Shown here piece after piece: positions 24,773-32,738 of a stretch of DNA of 64,000 nt. The position numbers and the translations under genes were made by a program. The stretch's first letter is position 1, and each line of letters opens with the position of its first letter. Under the pieces are notes generated by a model. It saw only the letters and a list, made by a program, of their open reading frames with translations. It did not search any database and was not told where the DNA came from. Source of the DNA: Rhabdochlamydiaceae bacterium (lineage in GTDB: Bacteria; Chlamydiota; Chlamydiia; Chlamydiales; Rhabdochlamydiaceae); NCBI GenBank assembly GCA_019752555.1, contig JAIELY010000004.1:21844-85843 (forward strand), written 5' to 3'.

Positions 24773-25903
24773 TCATGCAACAGAGATCAGACTCAGCACT
24801 CCTCGATGATCGGAGAGAGCAGAAGGATTAAACCCCTCTCCATCAAAGCGGGTCTTGATTAGCTTTTCTTTGACAATTGCATTTGTGCGATGGAAGGCCT
24901 TTGTATAGTCTAAATCAATTGCCTTCGATGGAGGATCTCTTCCTACTAATCTAGAGCAAAACCCATCGCCTCCCCAAGACCGCGCTTGTTTCGAAACGGG
25001 CTTTTGAAACGAAGGATGCCATCCACACGCTTCTTTAGGCTCAGCATTTAGATCGCCTGTCACAATCGCACAACCACCGACCTTTTGCACTTCGCGCCAA
25101 ATGATGCCAAATTGTTTCTTGCGCGCTTCGATTTCGTCTACTGTTGGAAACTCGGGATTTTCAGAGTGTTGCAAATGTGTAGCAAAAACCCGAGCAAACA
25201 CACCGCCTTGGCTTTCTAGGCTAAAACCAAAGACCCCCTTTGCAACGTGGGAAGCTCTTCCAGCTGTCGCCTCTTTAGGAAACTCAATAAATTCAGGCGA
25301 GCTAATTTTATATTTGCTAGCAACAAAAAGTCCCGCGGGAACACCTACAGCTCTCACTCCAAAGTTAAAGTAGAAATGATGATACCCTTTCTGCTTTAGA
25401 GCTTCAGCAAGAATGAGCGCTGTATTGCAATCAAACACTTCGCTCAAACAATTGACATCGGCATCTTTTTTCACAATCTTTTCGATGATCGATTGGATTC
25501 TAAAGCAGGCGGGCATGACTCCCCCATCCGTAATCATGTAGCCGCCATTGGGCATACATACATTCCAAGAAAGCAAAGAAAACGTCCGCTCCCTCGGCAA
25601 CACTTTATCTTGCCCTTCTGCAGTTGCATACATATAAGGCGTTGTCTGAAGGAAGACTGCAAGGGATCTAAGAATAATCCCTGGAAGGGTTGTGAATAAT
25701 GCGAGAGCAAAATAAGAAGCAGCTTTTGCAAAAAGAGCCGTTTTCCGGGCCAAATTCGCACATCGATTTCCATCGGCATGCAAGTGATCTACAAGGTGCA
25801 CACGCCTCACTAATTCATGTGCATTACAAAGAGGATCTGTAAGATAAGAGGCTGCGCGAAAAATCGGAAGAGCGAGCTTGTTGCGAAAACCTTGGATCTG
25901 CAT
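24773..25903 (-). CDS. Endonuclease/exonuclease/phosphatase (EEP) family protein, neutral-sphingomyelinase/phosphodiesterase-like, with an N-terminal hydrophobic hairpin
   Basis: FSLLSWNV (N-terminal EEP motif), NCLSEVF (catalytic Glu), ATHLQH, IVTGDLNAE and a C-terminal LSDHRGVL. Hydrophobic segment ALFAKAASYFALALFTTLPGIILRSLAVFL lies near residues 55-88. Confidence 0.7.
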   Translation of the reverse strand: MQIQGFRNKLALPIFRAASYLTDPLCNAHELVRRVHLVDHLHADGNRCANLARKTALFAKAASYFALALFTTLPGIILRSLAVFLQTTPYMYATAEGQDKVLPRERTFSLLSWNVCMPNGGYMITDGGVMPACFRIQSIIEKIVKKDADVNCLSEVFDCNTALILAEALKQKGYHHFYFNFGVRAVGVPAGLFVASKYKISSPEFIEFPKEATAGRASHVAKGVFGFSLESQGGVFARVFATHLQHSENPEFPTVDEIEARKKQFGIIWREVQKVGGCAIVTGDLNAEPKEACGWHPSFQKPVSKQARSWGGDGFCSRLVGRDPPSKAIDLDYTKAFHRTNAIVKEKLIKTRFDGEGFNPSALSDHRGVLSLISVA

Positions 25904-25953
25904 GAGTTAACCTCCATTAATATTTTACGAACGGCGCCCTATTGGAAGATGCT

Positions 25954-26460
25954 TTAGCCCTTCATTGCGCGCCAAGAAACTTGAAGCGCTTCTTTAATCG
26001 ACTTCTCTGGAAGAACATAACGGTCAATTCCTCCTCCATATTTTAGAGACTTAATGAAGGCGTCATTAATCCCCCAAACTTTGGTATGGACAGTGTAAAG
26101 ATGAGAGCAGTCGCAACGTAAAATAGCATGCTCCACAACGACAGGACGATCGTCTTCGCCCTTAGGAAAATTATGGTGTTCATTTAAAGCACTTACCGCT
26201 ACCCCCTCAAGATAATCGGAATAGTAGCCGCTTATCGGAACAAGAGAGCTCGGAAGCGAACGCGCATCTTGTTCCTGTTGCAACCTTTTATGGGTCGTCC
26301 CTCTAAAGACTTTGCTCACTACAGTCTCATTTTCCGCTTGTTTAGTAGTGGCAGGCTCGATCTGTTGTCCCAAAACGGGAGGATAATACGCTGCCCAAGC
26401 TTGAGTAAATCGCCCTAACGTATTTGCAAAACCTGTTAATGCTTGCACATATCCAGCCAT
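25954..26460 (-). CDS. Hypothetical protein of 168 aa, immediately upstream of the EEP gene
   Basis: An intergenic-bounded ORF on the same strand, with a 50-nt gap to the EEP gene. I recognise no motif. Confidence 0.5.
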   Translation of the reverse strand: MAGYVQALTGFANTLGRFTQAWAAYYPPVLGQQIEPATTKQAENETVVSKVFRGTTHKRLQQEQDARSLPSSLVPISGYYSDYLEGVAVSALNEHHNFPKGEDDRPVVVEHAILRCDCSHLYTVHTKVWGINDAFIKSLKYGGGIDRYVLPEKSIKEALQVSWRAMKG

Positions 26461-26541
26461 AAAAGCTCCGATCTTCAGTTGTTAAAGTTAGAAAAAAAAA
26501 CACAACGAGCATCGTACTAGTGCAATGGGATTAACGCCAAA

Positions 26542-28260
26542 CTAAATATTCAAATTGATAATCTGGAGCGCTCTTTCAAGAGCGGGGTCGATATGCGGAT
26601 GGATATTTTCTTTTCCTATGAGCTTGTCAAGGCCATACTTCTGCATTGCTTTTGCAGGCTGTCCCTTAACGCCAGAAAGAACGAGCACTGTTTTGTCACG
26701 CCTACATTTTTCGTAGAACTCTTCCAATGCGTGCAACCCACTTGCATCGATCACAGGAACCTTACGCATACGCAGGATAAACACCTTAGGAGGAGGCTCA
26801 ATCCCATGCAAGATGTCTTTTAAGCTGTCTGCCACTCCAAAGAAAAAAGGACCTGTCACCTCATAGACTTCAACATCTTTGGGAACACATTTATTACTGA
26901 TCGCATCGGGATCTTGCCTGTCCTTACCACTGGATTCATCGACAAATTTCATCAGAGGCGCCACATTGCCCATATCGCTCATCCGTTTCATGAACACAAA
27001 AGCGGCTAAAATCATACCCACTTCAACGGCAATTGTGATATCGACGAGCACTGTTAAAAGAAACGCAGACAACAACACTGCAATATCTCCTAACGGAGCT
27101 TTCAATAAATGGCGAAAATGGTCGTGTTCACTCATATTCCACGCGATGACAACAAGAACTGCGGCAAGCGCTGTAAGCGGGATTTGAGAGACGAGCGGAG
27201 CAAAACAGAAGATCAAGAGAAATAGCACAAGAGAATGGATCATTCCGGCGACAGGAGTTTTAGCTCCGGTTTTGATGTTCGTCGCAGTGCGTGCAATAGC
27301 TCCTGTTGCGGGAATCCCCCCGAAAAATACAGAGCCTAAGTTGCCGATTCCTTGCGCGATCAGCTCGCAGTTGGATTTATGCCGCCGTCCTGTCATTCCA
27401 TCTGCGATCACTGCAGAGAGCAACGATTCGATTCCCGCAAGAAAAGCGATCGTGATTGCATCGGGAATTAAACTGCGAAACAGATCGACACTCAACTGAA
27501 AAGAAGGAAGAGCTGGGGCTGGTAAAACACGAGGAATTTCTCCAAACCGATCACCCACTGTTTCAACGGGGACTGAAAAAATCCAACAGACCAGTGTGAC
27601 CCCCGCAATCGAGAAGATCCCCCACGGGAGCGCAGGAAAATACTTACGCAAAGCGATGATTCCCAAAAGAGTTCCTAGTCCAACGCAAAACGTCGAAGGA
27701 TGCCAAGAGGGCAGCGCTGCCATCATCACTTGCCATTTTCCCAAGAAATCTGCAGGCAGATTGTCTATATGCAATCCGAGAAGATCTTTTACTTGAGAAG
27801 AAAAAATAATCACCGCAATACCGGTTGTAAATCCTGTCACAAGCGGATAAGGGATGTACTTGATGAGTGTTCCCAAACGGCATGCTCCCATCAAAATCAA
27901 AATCAACGCCGCCATTAGGGTCGCAAGAACAAGCCCATGATACCCCTGCCTTTGGATAATGCCATAGACAATCACAACAAAAGCCCCCGTCGGCCCACCA
28001 ATCTGAACACGGCTTCCCCCAAAAAGAGAAATCAAAAAACCTGCAACAATCGCAGTAAAAAGACCCTGTTCCGGCGCAACGCCAGAGGCGATAGCAAAGG
28101 CCATAGCGAGAGGCAAGGCCACGATCCCCACCGTAATTCCTGCCCAAAGATCTGCTTTAAAAGTTTTGAGTGTGTATTTTTCCAAAAAGCAGCAAAAGAT
28201 GCTTTTGGGCAGAAAATCATACCAACTAAATTTACGATGCGCTGCGGGGTGTGATTGCAT
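26542..28260 (-). CDS. SulP-family anion (sulfate/bicarbonate) transporter with a C-terminal STAS domain
   Basis: From the ATG at 28260: MQSHPAAHRKFSW...ADLWAGITVGIVALPLAMAFAIASG (SulP signature region), many TM helices, and a C-terminal STAS domain (VFILRMRKVPVIDASGLHALEEF). The ORF-track extension to 28449 runs through a promoter-like AT-rich region. Confidence 0.88.
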   Translation of the reverse strand: MQSHPAAHRKFSWYDFLPKSIFCCFLEKYTLKTFKADLWAGITVGIVALPLAMAFAIASGVAPEQGLFTAIVAGFLISLFGGSRVQIGGPTGAFVVIVYGIIQRQGYHGLVLATLMAALILILMGACRLGTLIKYIPYPLVTGFTTGIAVIIFSSQVKDLLGLHIDNLPADFLGKWQVMMAALPSWHPSTFCVGLGTLLGIIALRKYFPALPWGIFSIAGVTLVCWIFSVPVETVGDRFGEIPRVLPAPALPSFQLSVDLFRSLIPDAITIAFLAGIESLLSAVIADGMTGRRHKSNCELIAQGIGNLGSVFFGGIPATGAIARTATNIKTGAKTPVAGMIHSLVLFLLIFCFAPLVSQIPLTALAAVLVVIAWNMSEHDHFRHLLKAPLGDIAVLLSAFLLTVLVDITIAVEVGMILAAFVFMKRMSDMGNVAPLMKFVDESSGKDRQDPDAISNKCVPKDVEVYEVTGPFFFGVADSLKDILHGIEPPPKVFILRMRKVPVIDASGLHALEEFYEKCRRDKTVLVLSGVKGQPAKAMQKYGLDKLIGKENIHPHIDPALERALQIINLNI

Positions 28261-28325
28261 AGAGAGACAACCTGGGTTTACTCTTTTGATATTAGCTCTG
28301 AATACGATTTGAGAAAAGAGGCATA

Positions 28326-28353
28326 TTGACAATAAATTTATTAAATTTAAAAT
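28326..28353 (+). promoter_or_regulatory. Near-consensus promoter, TTGACA-N16-TAAAAT
   Basis: TTGACA at 28326-28331 and TAAAAT at 28348-28353. It lies 25 nt upstream of the ATG at 28378, which is preceded by GAGGA. Confidence 0.5.
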
Positions 28354-28377
28354 AAAGTTTTTAACACTGAGGACACT

Positions 28378-28734
28378 ATGAACAGAAATAAGCGCCCGAT
28401 GACAAACACCCTCGCGAAAAAAAAGCATAAGGAAGTGCGCTCCGCTCAAGCTAAATATCCGGCGCGAAAAACTAAGATGGAACCCGATCCGCTGACAGAA
28501 AAAGAACTTTATAAGATGTATCCGAAACGTAAAGCGCCGAAAACAGCCAAGAAAAAGACTGCTCCTAAGAGAAAAATAGGCAGTAAAGTCTCAAAAAGAA
28601 CGACTTGCGGAACAGTTTCTGAAAAATCCCCGCCAGCTAGCATCCATCGCGAGGGCAAAGTTTGGGCAAAAACGCTTGTAAAACAGAGCGTAAGCAAAAG
28701 AAAAACTTTAAGCAGGGCTCAGAGCAAAAGATAG
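28378..28734 (+). CDS. Small, very basic lysine-rich protein of 118 aa, a candidate histone-like/nucleoid protein
   Basis: KRKAPKTAKKKTAPKRKIGSKVSKR and other K/R runs. It has a consensus promoter and SD. I cannot assign a family. Confidence 0.55.
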   Translation: MNRNKRPMTNTLAKKKHKEVRSAQAKYPARKTKMEPDPLTEKELYKMYPKRKAPKTAKKKTAPKRKIGSKVSKRTTCGTVSEKSPPASIHREGKVWAKTLVKQSVSKRKTLSRAQSKR

Positions 28735-28821
28735 CTTTTTTAAGTTTCTTGGGGTAAATCGCTCTAATCAGGTATTCTAGTGGTCAGTTAAGCAAAATTC
28801 AAATTAAAGCAATGTAGCCCC

Positions 28822-29739
28822 ATGTCTTCATTTCGTTGTGCCCATATCTCTGATCTGCATTTTTCCAAGCCCTGCTGGAGCTTGAGCCAGTTTTTCTCTA
28901 AACGCTGGCTGGGAAACATGAACCTCATGCTTGCGCGCAAGCAGATCTATACCCCGGAACACCTTCACTCTCTTATCGACACCTTTACACGCCTCGATGT
29001 GGAGCACGTATTCATCACTGGCGATCTTTCTACAACATCAGCAGAAGGGGAATTTGCACTCGCCCAAGAATTTGTCGAATCTCTTAAGCGAGCAAATCTC
29101 AATGTTTATGTTTTGCCCGGCAACCACGATCAATACACGGCAAAAGCTTATCGGGATCAGCTCTTTTATCAATTTTTTGAAACGCAATACACCCCCTGCA
29201 GCCGTTTTAATCTCAAAAAAGACGGCTTAACGCTAGCCCCTCTTGCGCCAAACTGGTCGCTTATTCTTTTGGATACAGCTCTTGCTACCTCCCTGATCTC
29301 CTCCTGCGGACTTTTTAATAGAGAACTTGAGGAAAAGCTCGAAACTGCCTTAAAAGAAATCCCTTCCACTCACAACTTCATTCTCGCAAACCACTTCCCC
29401 TTTTTCCACAACGACTCACCTCGAAAAATGCTCAAACGGGGCTCTGAATTAAGAGGGATTCTTGAGAGAAACCCGCAAATCCGCCTCTACATCCATGGTC
29501 ATACCCACCGCCACTGCATCGCCGATTTAAGAGCCTCCAACCTCCCTATTGTTCTCGACAGCGGCAGCACAGCACATCAAAAAATCGGATCTTGGAATCT
29601 AATCGATATCAGCACCAATGGATGCACAGTGCAGCCTTACTACTGGCAAATCGGATCGGATAAAGGGACCAATCAGTGGATCTCAAAAGATCCGAAAATC
29701 TTTACATGGGAATTAAGCGATGTCACAACCTTGGTATAA
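28822..29739 (+). CDS. Calcineurin-like metallophosphoesterase
   Basis: The ordered metallophosphoesterase motifs are present: HISDLHF (DxH), ITGDLS (GD), LPGNHD (GNHD/E) and IHGHTHRH (GHxH). Confidence 0.85.
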   Translation: MSSFRCAHISDLHFSKPCWSLSQFFSKRWLGNMNLMLARKQIYTPEHLHSLIDTFTRLDVEHVFITGDLSTTSAEGEFALAQEFVESLKRANLNVYVLPGNHDQYTAKAYRDQLFYQFFETQYTPCSRFNLKKDGLTLAPLAPNWSLILLDTALATSLISSCGLFNRELEEKLETALKEIPSTHNFILANHFPFFHNDSPRKMLKRGSELRGILERNPQIRLYIHGHTHRHCIADLRASNLPIVLDSGSTAHQKIGSWNLIDISTNGCTVQPYYWQIGSDKGTNQWISKDPKIFTWELSDVTTLV

Positions 29740-30124
29740 AGACGGGCTGCGATTTAAATGCACAGGCTGCGGCGAGTGCTGCACAGGGGCGCCGGGGTAC
29801 GTCTGGGTAAGCGATGAAGAAATCACCGCCATCGCAGAGCACCTTAGTATTTCAGAAGCAGAATTCATCAAAAAATACACCCACCTCATTCAAGGAAAAC
29901 GCTCGTTAAAAGAAGATCCAGACAATTACGATTGCATTTTTTTAAAAGAACGCCGCTGCGACATCTACTCTGTACGTCCGAAGCAATGCCGTACATTCCC
30001 CTGGTGGCTCGAAAACGTTAAGAATCGAAAGGCGTGGGAAGAGACTGCTGCTCGATGCGAAGGGATCAACCATCCCGATGCTCCTTTAATCACTTTAGGT
30101 GAAATTCAAAAGGGTCTCGACTAA
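29720..30124 (+). CDS. YkgJ/UPF0153-family Cys-rich zinc- or iron-binding protein
   Basis: FKCTGCGECCTGAPGYVW (CxxCxxCC) and later CIFLKERRCDIYSVRPKQCRTFP. It overlaps the upstream gene by 20 nt. Confidence 0.75.
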   Translation: MSQPWYKDGLRFKCTGCGECCTGAPGYVWVSDEEITAIAEHLSISEAEFIKKYTHLIQGKRSLKEDPDNYDCIFLKERRCDIYSVRPKQCRTFPWWLENVKNRKAWEETAARCEGINHPDAPLITLGEIQKGLD

Positions 30125-30175
30125 GAAATCATTTTCTTATTATCTTGTGTGCAAAGAGGTTTAAGGAGAATTCTT

Positions 30176-31933
30176 ATGCACGCACAACCTGCTATCGATC
30201 CCATGATCATGGACCGCGTCAACACGTGGCTTACAGGTCCCTATGATGAATCTTCCAAAAACGAAATAAGATTTCTTCTTGAAAACGACAAGCAAGCGCT
30301 TGTAGATGCGTTTTACACCGACCTTACCTTTGGGACAGGCGGGCTCCGAGCACTCATGGGAGTTGGAACCAATCGGCTCAATGCGTACACCATCCAAATT
30401 GCAACACAAGGCCTTGCTAACTATCTCCTCGCGCAAAAAAAGTGCCCCCTTTCTGTCCTCGTCGGTTTTGACTCGCGGCATAATTCACAAGAATTCGCTC
30501 TAGAAACAGCGCGCGTGCTTGCCGGCAACGGGATCCGTGTTTATTTGCTCAGCGAGCTGCGTCCTACCCCCTTTATCTCTTTTGCCTGCCGAGAAAAAAA
30601 ATGCGATGCAGCCGTCATGATCACAGCCTCGCACAACCCAAAAGAATACAATGGATATAAAGTCTATTGGAGCGATGGGGCTCAGGTCGTGCCGCCTCAC
30701 GATACAGGAATCATCAAGGAAGTAGAAAAACTCACCTCAATTGCACAGGTAAAACGGAGCGGATCCAAAGATCCTTTAATCGAAACAAGTGATTTCTCCT
30801 TAGATGAAGCCTATCTCAGGGCGATCCGTCCCTTACAGCATTTCCCTGAACAAAACAAAAATGAGGGCAGCACACTTCAGATCACCTACACTAGCTTTCA
30901 CGGAACGGGAATCACAATGGTCCCAAAAGCTTTAAGGGATTGGGGGTTTACTTCCATTCACATCGTCGATGAGCAATGCATCCCAGACGGAAACTTCCCC
31001 ACTCTTAAATTTCCAAATCCGGAATACAAAGAAACCCTTCAATTAGGAATGGAAAAACTCATTTCCACGCATTCTGATATCCTCTTTGCTACCGATCCCG
31101 ATGCCGACCGGATGGGCGTTGTCGTCATGCATAAGAGCGCGCCTGTGATCTTAACCGGAAACGAAACAGCTGCAATCTGTGTCGAATATCTATGCGATGT
31201 CATGAAAGAGCAGGACACACTCCCTAAAAATGGCGCTTTTGTCACAACGATTGTGACCACAGAACTTTTAAAAACAATTGCAGAAGATCACAACCAAACG
31301 TGCATCGAGGTATTAACCGGATTTAAATACATTGGAGAGAAGATCCACCTTTGGGAAACAATGCAAAACTCGCCTAAATTCATTTACGGAGCAGAAGAAT
31401 CCTATGGTTTTCTTTTAGGCACACACGCACGCGACAAAGATGCGATCATCGCCTCTTGCCTGCTCGCGGAAATCGCGCTGCATGCAAAAAAACAGAACAA
31501 AACACTCATCGATCTATTACATCAGATTTACAACCGTTATGGCTTTTACCGAGAAGCTCAACTCTCTATTCCCTTTCATCCCGGAAAAGCGGGCATGGAT
31601 GCGATGCAAGCTCTCATGACGCGCCTGCGCGCGCATTTGCCTCATGAAATTGCAAGTAAGAGCGTTATTTATGTCGAAGATTATCTCACAAAAACCCGCA
31701 CCTATCTCAAAACAGGCAAACAAGAGCCCTTAGATCTTCCTATTTCAGATGTGCTTCTCTTCCGTCTAGATGACAAAAGCAAAGTGATCATCCGCCCTTC
31801 GGGCACAGAACCCAAGGTGAAAGTGTACCTCTCCACATTTGTGAGTCAAGCTCCATCGATTGCTGAAGGACTCAAACTCTGCGACACAAAAATCGAACAC
31901 CTCACCCAAACGTTGAAAAATGAGCTCTCTTAA
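30176..31933 (+). CDS. Alpha-D-phosphohexomutase (phosphoglucomutase/phosphomannomutase)
   Basis: MITASHNPKEYNGYKV (phosphoserine loop), TDPDADRMG (metal-binding loop) and GAEESYG. The ATG at 30176 is preceded by AAGGAG. The ORF track begins at 30149. Confidence 0.9.
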   Translation: MHAQPAIDPMIMDRVNTWLTGPYDESSKNEIRFLLENDKQALVDAFYTDLTFGTGGLRALMGVGTNRLNAYTIQIATQGLANYLLAQKKCPLSVLVGFDSRHNSQEFALETARVLAGNGIRVYLLSELRPTPFISFACREKKCDAAVMITASHNPKEYNGYKVYWSDGAQVVPPHDTGIIKEVEKLTSIAQVKRSGSKDPLIETSDFSLDEAYLRAIRPLQHFPEQNKNEGSTLQITYTSFHGTGITMVPKALRDWGFTSIHIVDEQCIPDGNFPTLKFPNPEYKETLQLGMEKLISTHSDILFATDPDADRMGVVVMHKSAPVILTGNETAAICVEYLCDVMKEQDTLPKNGAFVTTIVTTELLKTIAEDHNQTCIEVLTGFKYIGEKIHLWETMQNSPKFIYGAEESYGFLLGTHARDKDAIIASCLLAEIALHAKKQNKTLIDLLHQIYNRYGFYREAQLSIPFHPGKAGMDAMQALMTRLRAHLPHEIASKSVIYVEDYLTKTRTYLKTGKQEPLDLPISDVLLFRLDDKSKVIIRPSGTEPKVKVYLSTFVSQAPSIAEGLKLCDTKIEHLTQTLKNELS

Positions 31934-32723
31934 GCCGTGGCCCTACACCCTTGCCTTAGTCACAGGAGCAAGTTCAGGATTAGGAAGAGCGCTCGCAATT
32001 GAAATTGCAAAACGGGGCACACCTTTAATTCTAACGGGCCGTAATAAAGAAGAGCTCGAGCTTACAGCACGCATGCTCTCTGTGAAAACAACGGTGCTGG
32101 ATCTTGATTTGAACATCCCGCAAGAGCGGCAAAAACTCGTTGCATTAATTCAAGAACAAGCTCCCGACCTGATCCTCAACAACGCAGGACTTGGACACTA
32201 CGGCGATGCGCTTACCACCACAACTGCAGAACAACTCGAGATCGTAGAAGTCAACATCACATCTCTTGTCGAAATTACCCTAGAGGCCTCCCGCACACTC
32301 GTCAAAAAGAGAAAACCGGGAACAATTCTCAATGTCGCATCGGCAGCAGCCTTTTTCCCCTATCCCACGCTTGCCACTTATGCAGCCTCTAAAGCATTTG
32401 TCCTTCAGTTTTCTAAGGCGTTAGATGTCGAGCTCTTCTCCCATGGCATACGCGTTCTGACATCCTGTCCCGGACAAACGGCAACCTCTTTCCGTAGACG
32501 TGCAGGCGGCAACATCCCGCAAAAGCAAGACGCCTGGACGATGCGCTCACAAGATGTTGCCTCTTGCATCTTAAAACAAATTGAAGATCAAGCATCCGTT
32601 CGCATCATCGATTGGCGCTATCGGTTGTGGGTTACACTCGCCCGTTTTGTTCCTAAGTCCATTTTAATGAAGTTCTTAAAAGAATCGATTCGAAAAAGAC
32701 ATCATCGCAACACAATTGTCTGA
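31920..32723 (+). CDS. Short-chain dehydrogenase/reductase (SDR)
   Basis: ALVTGASSGLGRALA (TGxxxGxG), NNAG and YAASKAF (YxxxK). Confidence 0.88.
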   Translation: MSSLKPWPYTLALVTGASSGLGRALAIEIAKRGTPLILTGRNKEELELTARMLSVKTTVLDLDLNIPQERQKLVALIQEQAPDLILNNAGLGHYGDALTTTTAEQLEIVEVNITSLVEITLEASRTLVKKRKPGTILNVASAAAFFPYPTLATYAASKAFVLQFSKALDVELFSHGIRVLTSCPGQTATSFRRRAGGNIPQKQDAWTMRSQDVASCILKQIEDQASVRIIDWRYRLWVTLARFVPKSILMKFLKESIRKRHHRNTIV

Positions 32724-32738
32724 GGAAGATCATAGAAA

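Noticed and set aside
27644-28147. 167-aa alternative-frame ORF inside sulP, plus several plus-strand ORFs between 26593 and 28254
   Set aside because: All are embedded in the SulP coding region, and their translations are Cys/Arg/Gly-rich nonsense.
28261-28449. 63-codon N-terminal extension of the SulP ORF, as listed in the ORF track
   Set aside because: The extension translates an AT-rich region that contains a consensus promoter and the SD and start of the divergent basic-protein gene. The conserved SulP sequence begins after the ATG at 28260.
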